DNA of 63,018 nt, the filler included, from Salisapilia sapeloensis CBS 127946 (Eukaryota; Protista; Oomycota), in assembly GCA_023334545.1 (NCBI GenBank). It is 9 parts of 9 records of this genome, joined end to end, with 100 filler letters (N's around TTAATTAATTAA, not from the genome) between each part and the next. Parts side by side here need not be neighbours in the genome. Positions count along the whole stretch, not along the records: positions 17,833 to 25,162 come from JAADVB010000520.1; positions 25,263 to 29,988 come from JAADVB010000655.1; positions 30,089 to 44,818 come from JAADVB010000380.1; 6 more parts are not named here. One strand, written 5' to 3'. The notes beneath the pieces were generated by a model, which saw only the letters and a list, made by a program, of their open reading frames with translations, was not told the origin of the DNA and did no database searches. Of this stretch, positions 20,459 through 30,381 are shown piece after piece. How positions within the stretch are numbered: the stretch's first letter is position 1; every line of letters begins with the position of its first letter. Position numbers and translations under genes: made by a program.

Positions 20459-22668
20459 TTTCAGAGCTTTCTCTCAACGATTAAGAGTGTGGCCGGCAGC
20501 TCGCGTGGCTGAAAACGACTGAGCTACGGCTCCGGCATGACGACTCGACTAGTGTGGGATTGCAGGAAGATAAGTAAGATGGTGCTTGAATGACCATAAA
20601 GTTGGTTTAAAATGGAGTTGTCTGTAGTAGGCTTCGTAAGTTTCTCTTCGCATGATACTTTCAACTGTGATGTTTCTTCAGTATTTTCCTTGATAAAACT
20701 TCGAGGTATCTCTTCGTATCATCTTCAAGTACTACTGGCATTTACTTCTGTCACAAAAGTGTCGATGCTGTCACGATTAGACTGAATATCTATTTCTACC
20801 GTCTCTGCTATCACTTATGTTTGATCAATGAAAACAGCGTACGAGCCCCAACTCGATGACATCGAGCAAGTTTATTATAGCTTCAAGACAGTTATATCAG
20901 TGAAGCCGCATTCAGTATTCTAGCACTGGCAATCTAACATTTTCAGATCTTCTGGTAAAAACAAATCCCAACTTACGTGGCAATAAAGGTAAAACGCAGT
21001 GAGTTAAATCAGGTACTTGATACACTGCGAAGTGATGTAAAGCTCAAGTCTAAGAAGAAAAGTTGAGCACGGAATCTTAACTTCTGTCAACGCCAAAGCT
21101 TTTTTGACCCGCAATGTTCGATTGTCTGCGTCATCAAAGTGTGGGCACAATAAACATAATTGCCATTGAGGGAAGAAGACTGAATAGCTTTCTGACCGAG
21201 CAAAACCACTGCCTAGCATGAAATCCCTGCTTCTTCGGGTTAAGCAACAACTACTCGATCCGGATGGATCCCAGCATAGCAAGCCTCTCGGATCGTACCA
21301 CTTAATCTACTGGCTCAACACTTAAAAAATTACAGTAAAACTCGTTAACGTTTGGAGGCGAAGGTCTTAAAACTTTTGAAATGGAAGACGAAGTAGGCTT
21401 CACATAGATACCGGTCTGTACAACCAATTTGTTCGCATGCTTCATGAGTACTTCCAATTCATCATTCAATCTTAAGAACTTGGTCCACTGTTGCCACTGA
21501 ATCCGCCCATTGCTTTTGCAGTTGGTCTTGTACTTTTGGCAAAACCACAGCTCCCTTCTCTGATAAAAGTTTGATAAGACACTGACGAAGTGGTGATTAA
21601 TCGAGTAATCGCTGCAGTAGGATCAAAATTTATAGACCAGTCTATCGGCCTCTGGTCTAGACTTGAGAGCACTGTCTTAAGTTCTATTTGACCAAGGGCA
21701 ACCCACTCAAAGCATTCATCTCAAAAGTCTGACCAAAAGGAGTTGAATAGAGCATATTGAAGCTAGGTTGAATAAAATTAAGACTTATGTGCGATAAATC
21801 AGTCTGCACCTCCAACTTCATAGAGTCACGCACATGAGAGAAGTACAAATTTAAATATACCTTCTAGACGCAGAAGCTAACCTTGGAGGAAGAAACTTAT
21901 ACGAGAAAGCTCTTTAGCATCTTATCGATAACTACGCACCTTCAATTCGAGAGGTACTTAAGCTTTACTTATTCCGAAATTACGACTCATTGATACGAGT
22001 GTGTCAGTAGCTTCTAGATGATCAAATCGGTGGTGATGAACACCTTGCTGGCACACGACGGACCTGTGATTTAAAAAGATCCAATAGAGTCCATGGATAG
22101 ATGGGCCAGATGATGAGTGCAAGATGCCCGTTAAAACGATCTGTAGAAGGACTGCTCTGCATCTCCGTCTTCTACGCTTGTCGGGTTAATCGGTTACACC
22201 GAGCACAGTCGTCGTTGCCAAGTAGTTAATACTTTAATTTTGCAGTCAAAGTAAAGTATGTTGATAAACCTCGTTGTTGGTCAGCACCGCTTACTGACGC
22301 TCTGTTCAAGGATGTGTTTCCCGACGCAAGGTTGAGATCATACCATTTGATGTGATGGCGTCAGTGCCATCCTGATCCGACCAGGGGCTACATATAAATA
22401 CTTAGTGCATGCAGACGCAACTGAAATCGCCTTACGCCATAATACACTCATTAAATTCCCATAGTCTCGATGTGGTTTCTTTTTCGTAACCCAGGTGTAT
22501 TATCAGCTCTGTAGAAATATGGAAACCTTGATGGAGTTCAAGAACACATGCTGCTAAAGGGACAATTCGACTCCTTTACTCTGTATATAGGAGCAAGAAC
22601 TTTAGCAGTCATAATCTAGTCATTTGTCTAAATTTGCTCAACACCAGCAGGCCTTCTTCCTTATCATC

Positions 22669-24354
22669 ATGCTCGTGGTCACGAGCTCTTTCAACACGAT
22701 CTCGAATGCTACGAATGACCTGACCAAGACGCAACTGTCCCTGCTTTTTGCGACACCTTTAGCAATCGGTCTTCTTGTCGCTGTCTATAACAAACCTCGC
22801 ATCACGAATGCTCACGGTTTAGCTGTACATCGACCAGATTCAGCACTGCCAGTGATCGGTAGCACGCTTTCCGTTATGAAGAATCGACATCGGTTCACTG
22901 ACTGGCTACAAGAAGAAAGTGAAAAGATAGATGGTAATCCTTGGGTTTTGGAAATCCTGGGATCTCCACCACTGTTAGTTGTCACGTCTCCTTCGTATTT
23001 CGAAGAAATCCTTCATACGAAAGCGGATATTTTTGATAAAGGAAAAGATTCACAACTGATGCTGCACGATTTATTCGGGAAGGGCATCATCAATTCGGTA
23101 GTCTATTTATAGTAACCTATAAAGTATTCACTAATCTCATGGCACGAGCAGGACGGTCTGGAATGGCAATGGCAACGAAAAACAGCAAGCCATTTATTCT
23201 CCATGCGAATGCTGCGAGATACCATGGAAGCTATCGTCCAAGAAAAGCTGAAAGAATTCTGTCTCATGTTGGACACATACGCTCGATCTGGAAAACAAAT
23301 TAGTCTAAAGGAAAGATTGGTGCACCTCACTGCGGACATCTTTACGAAAATCGGCTTCGGTGTCGAGCTAGGTAGCATCCAAGCGGGTCTTGACGGTAAA
23401 AGCACCGAATTTGTGAGCTCGATCCGATGTATGTCCAGAGTCACGAACCAGCGCCTTACTCAGCCAACATTCTGGTGGCGCTTGCGTCGATTTTTGAGGA
23501 TTGGGGAAGAGAAGGAGTGTGTGAAGAGCCGTGACTATATGAAGAGGTTTCTCACCGACGTCATTCAGCGAGCCATTGAACGTCGCAATAACGCTCTACC
23601 CAACCAGAAGGCTTCTGACTACGACCTCCTGTCCCTCTTTCTGAATTCGAAATACCGGTCTGAAACCAATATCCGAAGTCCTGAAGAGAGCGCTAAGCAA
23701 CTTCGAGACTTTTGCATGAACTTCTTCCTGGGTGGTCAAGGGACGTCCAGTACATCCTTATGCTGGTTTATCGTTCAGATGAATCGTCATCCAGACGTCT
23801 TGGACAAGATAAGAGCAGAGATGCGGGCCAAAGCACCAGCTTTACTTCATGAAAATGCTACAATCCCTACGGCGAAAGACATTGCGTCTTTAACGTACCT
23901 TGAAGCGGCCGTGCGCGAAAACTTGCGCATGAATGCTGTCATTCCATACATGGTTCGACATGTAGAAGAAAGCACGACGCTTCAAGGTGGTGAACAACTT
24001 GATAAAGGGTGTGACGTGCTGATCGGTATGTATCAATCCATGCGCATGGAGGAGCATTGGGGTGAAGACGCGCTGGAGTTTAAGCCTGAGAGATGGTTGG
24101 ACGAATCTGGAAAGTTGCGATCGATGTCTGTATATAAGTTCATTCCATTCTCTGCTGGTGCTCGATTGTGTATTGGAAAGAGCCTCGCGATGATGGAGCT
24201 GAAACACGCGTGTGCGGTGATCTTGAGTAAATTTGACATTTGCATTGAGGAAGATCCGTGGCAAGTCACGTATGAAACAGCGATCGGCCTCACCGTCAAA
24301 GGAAATTTAATGACTACTATTAAAAAAGCGGATCATACCAAAGGAATAGCATAA
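22669..24354 (+). CDS. Cytochrome P450, CYP86/94/704-like (intron 23098-23151)
   Basis: N-terminal membrane anchor, WQWQRK C-helix across a 54-nt GT..AG intron with CTAAT branch site, ExxR (ENLR), PERW, heme motif FSAGARLCIG. INR-like TCATTTG at 22620. Confidence 0.92.
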
Positions 24355-25162
24355 ATGCGGGCCGACTTCTTTGTTGTCAGCGAAAGAGTACGATGACGAT
24401 CATCTTTCATATCCTCTAATCCAATCTAGTAAGCATTTCAGTAAAAAGCACAATCAACATTGCGTTCAGCTTCAGTCCTTCAAGTCCACCATACTTTGTT
24501 GCTGATCCAACAAACATATCGTTATTCCATTTAGCGTGTCTTATCTCTTCATCTTACCGTCACCAATATGATGCCTCATATAGTCTGGACTGTCTTGCAA
24601 AGACTAATCGAGTCCATGCTTAGTAGAGCTAGATTTATCGTGATGCACCCAAGCTTGAGCATCTACGCATGATCCTAGGTGCCACAACCCTCAACTGCCT
24701 AGTTGAGCGCTTGGACTTATACTATGGCTGGCTTGTGACCCAAACAGATTCATCGCACCAAAAGATTGCCATGGAACTTCTCGCTATCATAGTTTGGACA
24801 CTTAGGCTCAATGATTCGACCACATGCTAGTCTCCGCTTTAGTTCAAAATCTAACTGCACTATCAGATGATTCTTGCCGGATCACCCTGCATCCTACGTC
24901 GCCGCAGGTTTTTGCGATCTGCACAAGCAGAAGATCTATACTAGCGGTAACCTAGGACAGATACCTTAAGCACCCTTTCTTGATCTTATCCTTTGTATGG
25001 ATCCCACTTTGTCACATATAATTTCGGGCATTCCATCTGTTGTCGTCTTCAACCACGATCCAAGCAGCAAAGTTTTCGGCCTCTCATTTGCATCGGAGCG
25101 AGGAGAGTGCGACTTTGACAACGTTCGCATCAGTGCAAGGTACCTCCGGCATACTTTAGAAG

Positions 25163-25262
25163 NNNNNNNNNNNNNNNNNNNNNNNNNNNNNNNNNNNNNN
25201 NNNNNNTTAATTAATTAANNNNNNNNNNNNNNNNNNNNNNNNNNNNNNNNNNNNNNNNNNNN
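25163..25262. other. Assembly gap spacer
   Basis: 44 N + TTAATTAATTAA + 44 N. Confidence 0.99.
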
Positions 25263-25263
25263 G

Positions 25264-28200
25264 TTCTGCGTTGACGAGATTCCTGTTCTCGGATGCTATG
25301 TCGGTAAGAACGGATGCCGACCAGACCCCGAGAAGGTGAAGTCGATTTGCGACTGGCCAGTGCCCAAGACACCCAAGCAGCTGCGACAATGGATGGGTCT
25401 TGCGAACTATTTGCATAAGTACGCAAAAGACTATGCCGGGCTCGTGCAGCCGTTGTCACGGCTGCTGAAGAAGGATGTCGAATGGCAATGGGGTGCTCAA
25501 GAGCAGGAGGCCTTCGAAGCGATTAAAAAGCGACTGATGGAAGCGCCAGTGTTGAAGCTTCCGGAGTACGGAAGGCCGTTCCATGTCGTGTGCGATGCAA
25601 GTAATTTCGCGATCGGATGTGCGCTCATGCAAGTAGATGATGATGGACATGAGCGCGTAGTTAGCTATCAATCGCGGCAACTCAAGTCAGCTGAGTTGCG
25701 TTATCCCGTGCATGACAAGGAACTTCTCGCGATGAAATATGCCTTGACGAAGTTCCGCGTTTATCTCCTGGGAGAAGAACGCTTCGTGGTATATACGGAT
25801 CATGCGTCCTTGAGAACGGCCACGAAATCGCCACACCTCAGCGACCGTATGGCACGGTGGCTTTCGTTCTTCTCGCAGTTCAACTTCGTCGTCTTCTACA
25901 AGCCTGGGAAAATGAATGTTATCGCTGACGCCTTGAGTCGACGCCCAGACTACGATCCGAGTGAAGATGAAGCATATGAGAACACTCCATGTCCGAAGTG
26001 TGAGACTGAGGAACTTCGAGCCACCAAAGTGGTTCCGCGTCTGTCACTAACAGACGCCATCAGAGAAGCATACGCAAAAGATGCCTTTTGTTGCGAACTC
26101 ATCGAGTATCTGAGTACACTCGATGCTAGCGCCGAAAAGAAGCTGTCGGCGCGTACACGCGCTCGCCTACATCGCTATTCACTCCAGCGTGAGCTCTTGT
26201 GCTATGCGATCGATGACATGGATACGCCACGCGTCGTTGTGCCGAACGACGCCGATCTGCGTGCACGCATCATACATGAGTACCACGATGCGCCCAGCGG
26301 AGCACATGCTGGACGCGAGAAGACGTTCAATGCATTGGCACGTGACTATTATTGGCCTCATATGTACAAGTGGGTTCGTAAATGGGTACGCTCCTGCGAG
26401 ACATGTCAAAGAGTGAAGCCTGCGCCCGCTTCTCGGGCGCCACTGCAGTCACTTCCGATACCGTCGGATGCATGGAAGTCGGTCAGTATGGACTTCATCT
26501 TCGGCTTGCCACCGGATAAGGCCGGTCGCACGGGCATCCTCGTCTTCGTCGACCGTCTTAGCAAGATGACTCACCTTGCTCCTGTAAAGCAAACGGTTTC
26601 AGCGGAAGAGTCCGCTGGCATCTTCCTGGATACTGTGTTTCGACTTCACGGCATGCCTGAAAGCATCGTGTCGGACCGAGACCCACGGTTTACTGCGTCC
26701 TTCTGGCGTCGGATATTCCGACGCGTCGGTACCAAACTAGACATGTCGACGTCAGCACACCCCGAGACGGACGGGCAAACAGAGCGGGTGAACCGCACTC
26801 TTGGAGATATACTGCGCAGCTATGCCGCGAGCTACACGTCATGGAGCGACATGTTACCCATGGCTGAGTTCGCATTGAATAATGCTGTCCATTCCTCTAC
26901 GGGAGTCACCCCGTTCTACGTCAATTATGCCCGTCACCCACGGACGCCTGCGGCACTTGGAATCGCACCGAGCGCACCCATTGCTTCGTCTGGAGGGGGA
27001 GAGACATCGAACGCCTCGATGTCGTCGTCGAGTCAACACAATAACCGCCTTACAGCGTCGGTAACGAGACCGACGCGAGGACAGGACTCACGGTTTGACG
27101 ATATTGACTCGACAAGAGGTGACAAACCGACGCTAGGACACGCGTCACACGAGAATAATGGAGGCGACTCGCAGGATAGGCCTGTCCGAGAAACGCCCGC
27201 TTCCGCTTGGTCGACAGCACATACTACCGATGATGGTGCTGTGCCATATCAGAGATCATTTCGGGATGTTGTACTTGGTACACCGAAACACGTGGTGTCA
27301 AGTCGACAACATTCGAACAACACGTTGGTCGCAGTCAACCAACGTCAAACACGCAATGAGTCAGGACACGTCATTGCAAGCCATGGGGCAGAGCCCGTCG
27401 CAGAAGAAGAAGACCCGTCAAGGGCGGAACGAGCCGCGGACGCCGTGTTAGAACAACGTCAATCCATACTGCGGTATGTGCGAGATGCAGTCGCAGACGC
27501 AGTGGATAGGCAAAAGGAGCAATCAGATCGGTCCGGCCGACGAAATCACGAGACCTTCCGTCCTGGGGACAAGGTACTGCTGTCCACATCCGAACTTCCG
27601 TCGGACGTTCTGGGCCAGACGGAATCTAAAGTAACTGCGCGGTTCATCGGACCATTCAGAGTAAAAGCACGACAGGGATCGGCATATACTTTAGAGCTGC
27701 CTAAAGGAATACGGCTACACTCGACCTTCTATGTCGGGCGTTTGAAACGCTATCATCCGTCTATGAGCCCTACTTCCTTGATGGAGGATTCGTCGGACCG
27801 TCGCCTCCGACGTCAAAACCCTGCCTCTGCAGTTGAGCACGCAGGTCGCGAAGGTTTTGGTTCGTCGTCAGAATCATGTTCCGGATCTGCTGCCGGTCCT
27901 GCCGGTCCTGAGTCCGACCTTCCTGCAACACCTCCACATCATACAACAGTGTTGCCACGTCATCCGCGTTCTGCAGCGAACGCTCGTCAGTCTCGCGGAA
28001 AAAGCGGGGCACCGGCCCGGTCACAACCGGAGTATCGCTTGCAGTCGGAGGAGCCACCGGCTGATCAGGCGAGCGTCGGCCTTCACCCCGACGCGGCTGG
28101 TCCATGGCAGGAGCGTTTACAACGGAAGAGCGGACAGGCAGAGGTGTCGACGGCGCCGGTGCACTCACCGGCGCGAGAGGTGGCACAGGATTCGGCGGCG

Positions 28201-28803
28201 GAGCCGAAGCAGGCGTCGGTTGACGTACCGGCGCGGGAGGCGGATTCGGTGGATGATTCGGTGCAGCGGCAGCATAGTCGCGGGTCGAAGCGGGGAGATC
28301 GCGTGGTGGTGACTCCCGACTCCCACTATGGTGCGAGCGGCGCTCACGATAATCTCCGTATGGGCGGTAGCGACGATTGCGGCGGTCAGGAGAGCTCGTT
28401 GCCGGCGAATAGTCACGCTCACGATACGCATCGTAAGGAGCACTACGAGCGGGAAGGTCCTCCCGCTCTGGTTGACGCTGCGGGCCATACGCGCTGGGTC
28501 GTTGATCGTATCGTTGACCACTGCGATACTCTCCCGGATAACCGGTCGAGCGGCGGGGGTCGTAAGACCCGCCGCGATAGTCGTCGCGCCTCTCGCGCCA
28601 ATCGTGTTGGCGCTCAACGTAATCGGGATCCCAGCGCTGGTAATACGCGCTTGTATCGGGTCCGCTGGCTTGGCTACTCGGCCAACTCCGATACGTGGGA
28701 GCCTCGGGAGCAGTTGATGGACGACGTTCCGGACGTCGTTGCGGACTACGAGGCTCTCTTGAACGCGTCCGGTGAACCGGACGCCCGTGCCCTGAGTCAG
28801 TAA
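25264..28803 (+). CDS. Gypsy Pol (RT C-terminus, RNase H, integrase, chromodomain), 5'-partial
   Basis: Open from the gap (FCVDEIPVLGCYVGKNGCRPDPEKV). RNase H CDAS/ELLA/YTDH/ADALSR; integrase zinc finger H..H..CETC and DDE (SMDF, SDRD, DGQTERVN); GPF motif; chromodomain YRVRWLGY..DTWEP. No stops. Confidence 0.96.
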   Translation, partial: FCVDEIPVLGCYVGKNGCRPDPEKVKSICDWPVPKTPKQLRQWMGLANYLHKYAKDYAGLVQPLSRLLKKDVEWQWGAQEQEAFEAIKKRLMEAPVLKLPEYGRPFHVVCDASNFAIGCALMQVDDDGHERVVSYQSRQLKSAELRYPVHDKELLAMKYALTKFRVYLLGEERFVVYTDHASLRTATKSPHLSDRMARWLSFFSQFNFVVFYKPGKMNVIADALSRRPDYDPSEDEAYENTPCPKCETEELRATKVVPRLSLTDAIREAYAKDAFCCELIEYLSTLDASAEKKLSARTRARLHRYSLQRELLCYAIDDMDTPRVVVPNDADLRARIIHEYHDAPSGAHAGREKTFNALARDYYWPHMYKWVRKWVRSCETCQRVKPAPASRAPLQSLPIPSDAWKSVSMDFIFGLPPDKAGRTGILVFVDRLSKMTHLAPVKQTVSAEESAGIFLDTVFRLHGMPESIVSDRDPRFTASFWRRIFRRVGTKLDMSTSAHPETDGQTERVNRTLGDILRSYAASYTSWSDMLPMAEFALNNAVHSSTGVTPFYVNYARHPRTPAALGIAPSAPIASSGGGETSNASMSSSSQHNNRLTASVTRPTRGQDSRFDDIDSTRGDKPTLGHASHENNGGDSQDRPVRETPASAWSTAHTTDDGAVPYQRSFRDVVLGTPKHVVSSRQHSNNTLVAVNQRQTRNESGHVIASHGAEPVAEEEDPSRAERAADAVLEQRQSILRYVRDAVADAVDRQKEQSDRSGRRNHETFRPGDKVLLSTSELPSDVLGQTESKVTARFIGPFRVKARQGSAYTLELPKGIRLHSTFYVGRLKRYHPSMSPTSLMEDSSDRRLRRQNPASAVEHAGREGFGSSSESCSGSAAGPAGPESDLPATPPHHTTVLPRHPRSAANARQSRGKSGAPARSQPEYRLQSEEPPADQASVGLHPDAAGPWQERLQRKSGQAEVSTAPVHSPAREVAQDSAAEPKQASVDVPAREADSVDDSVQRQHSRGSKRGDRVVVTPDSHYGASGAHDNLRMGGSDDCGGQESSLPANSHAHDTHRKEHYEREGPPALVDAAGHTRWVVDRIVDHCDTLPDNRSSGGGRKTRRDSRRASRANRVGAQRNRDPSAGNTRLYRVRWLGYSANSDTWEPREQLMDDVPDVVADYEALLNASGEPDARALSQ

Positions 28804-29590
28804 GGGCACGACGCAACCGCAAAACCAGGTCACTCAATTGAGATGAGATCGGGTATCTACGCAGACTATCCTCCCAATCTTCTATCGTGTCAGTCATATT
28901 GACGCTAGCACACACACGACAATCGCCAATCGCGGCCGTGAAGCACGGCCGCCGTTCCTTCACACACACAGCATGTACTCGCTCACGAAGAGATCGCAAC
29001 GAATATCGCTCGTTGTAATGCCTACGATGACGGATGACAGACTCGAAGTCGCGTTCGTGTTGGTATCGCTTGATGAATTCATTCCAAGAGGCGCGCAGAG
29101 CATGATGTGATTTGTCCATCGACTTGCCCTTGCTCTCGCGATATCGAATGAATAGATCCTTCATCTCAGCGAAAGTGAGATTCGTCTTGGTATCACCAAG
29201 CTCATACAACTCGAGCGGATGTAGGCTTCCTTCGGAGTATGTCATTCGCGACCGGTCCTCTCGACAACCGGTCGCCGGCCGAGTGTCTGTCGATGATTGT
29301 TCCATCGTTTTAGACTCATTCGTTGCAACTGGAGCTCCGGAAGACGCCATGGAATCAGTCACAGCCGATTGCTCGGCTGTTGGTATTGCTACTGATCCAG
29401 TCGTCCCTGTGTTATCTTGTGATGGCTCCATAGTCTCTACGAGCACATTCCCGACTGTAGATGAAGGCCCAGCGTCGGCGTTCGGTGCCGATGTTCCCTC
29501 ATCAGTCTGGTTTTCAGCGTCCGCTGGCACGGATGCGTTGTTGCTTTCGGTTTCGTTGTTTGCCGGAGGCTGTGAGCGAGTTTGTACCAT
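27770..29590 (-). CDS. Antisense extra ORF of the retrotransposon (606 aa, unknown function)
   Basis: ATG 29590 to stop 27770. Folded-looking middle domain with an H/C cluster (HAVC-x6-C-x7-CRVC), RS/RE-rich and Pro-rich regions, C-terminal coiled coil. INR+FPR about 65 nt upstream. Confidence 0.75.
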   Translation of the reverse strand: MVQTRSQPPANNETESNNASVPADAENQTDEGTSAPNADAGPSSTVGNVLVETMEPSQDNTGTTGSVAIPTAEQSAVTDSMASSGAPVATNESKTMEQSSTDTRPATGCREDRSRMTYSEGSLHPLELYELGDTKTNLTFAEMKDLFIRYRESKGKSMDKSHHALRASWNEFIKRYQHERDFESVIRHRRHYNERYSLRSLRERVHAVCVKERRPCFTAAIGDCRVCASVNMTDTIEDWEDSLRRYPISSQLSDLVLRLRRALTDSGHGRPVHRTRSREPRSPQRRPERRPSTAPEAPTYRSWPSSQASGPDTSAYYQRWDPDYVERQHDWRERRDDYRGGSYDPRRSTGYPGEYRSGQRYDQRPSAYGPQRQPEREDLPARSAPYDAYRERDYSPATSSPDRRNRRYRPYGDYRERRSHHSGSRESPPRDLPASTRDYAAAAPNHPPNPPPAPVRQPTPASAPPPNPVPPLAPVSAPAPSTPLPVRSSVVNAPAMDQPRRGEGRRSPDQPVAPPTASDTPVVTGPVPRFFRETDERSLQNADDVATLLYDVEVLQEGRTQDRQDRQQIRNMILTTNQNLRDLRAQLQRQGFDVGGDGPTNPPSRK

Positions 29591-29643
29591 GCTGGGCAAA
29601 GGGATGCAAGTTGGATTGCTAGGCGTCCTGTGAGGAAGGAATC

Positions 29644-29659
29644 GAATTAGCGAGTGAAG
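29644..29659 (-). promoter_or_regulatory. INR+FPR core promoter of the antisense ORF
   Basis: Minus strand CTTCACTCGCTAATTC fits TCAYTYB-NNN-WTTY; predicted TSS about 29655. Confidence 0.6.
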
Positions 29660-29831
29660 AGTTTTAGTGTGTGAATTCAATGGTGTGCGTCCGAAAGGTT
29701 CGGACGCGAAGAAGATCAAGGAGGAGTCAGGCGATATCCGCTTTATCTCAGGAAGAGCGATCTGGCGACGTGCGAAACAAGGGCCGACCCCTGATGCGTC
29801 TTCAGATGTGCAATTCGGTGTTTGCAATCTT

Positions 29832-29843
29832 GAGAGGGGGTGG
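29832..29843 (+). other. Polypurine tract
   Basis: GAGAGGGGGTGG directly before TGTAACG. Confidence 0.85.
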
Positions 29844-29988
29844 TGTAACGGGTAGATAACCGTTACTTTAGGCTAGGTTGCTATCTTTTCTTTTGTTACT
29901 GTCTTTCTGGTTTGGTGCATGTTTAGATGACCTACTGCCTTGTCTGATATAAGATATACGTAGTACTTGTAGTCAGAAAGGATGTGTA
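29844..29988 (+). repeat. 3' LTR (partial, runs into gap)
   Basis: Begins TGTAACGGG immediately after the PPT. Confidence 0.85.
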
Positions 29989-30088
29989 NNNNNNNNNNNN
30001 NNNNNNNNNNNNNNNNNNNNNNNNNNNNNNNNTTAATTAATTAANNNNNNNNNNNNNNNNNNNNNNNNNNNNNNNNNNNNNNNNNNNN
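29989..30088. other. Assembly gap spacer
   Basis: 44 N + TTAATTAATTAA + 44 N. Confidence 0.99.
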
Positions 30089-30381
30089 GGCGTCTTTGAA
30101 GGTCGAAAGCCTGCGCTGCTGGACAGTTTGGATCAAGCGTTGGTAACTGCCCCGATGTTCGTCCTGCTGGAAATTTTATTTCCGCTGGGTTATCGTCATG
30201 AGATGTACATGCGTATTCGCAAGCAAGTGAATGTGAATGTGAAACGAAAGAAAGCTTGTATGATAATAGCAATCGGCGTCGCCGTAATAGACAGTTTGAA
30301 CCGCTTTGCAAATGCTTTACCGGATTATAAATGTATTTAATTTCTTTCATGCGTTCCTAACTGTTTCTAGCTCCTGCCATC

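Larger units (their letters stand above)
25263..29988 (+). mobile_element. Ty3/Gypsy chromovirus LTR retrotransposon, 3' half
   Basis: RT-RNaseH-integrase-chromodomain pol, polypurine tract, and 3' LTR start TGTAACGGG. The 5' half and the LTR end fall in gaps. Confidence 0.95.

Noticed and set aside
20460-22600. Short ORFs in AT-rich intergenic DNA (also 16300-17500, 43500-44800, 47600-49250)
   Set aside because: No recognisable motifs or codon bias; some may be decayed genes or TEs but this cannot be supported.
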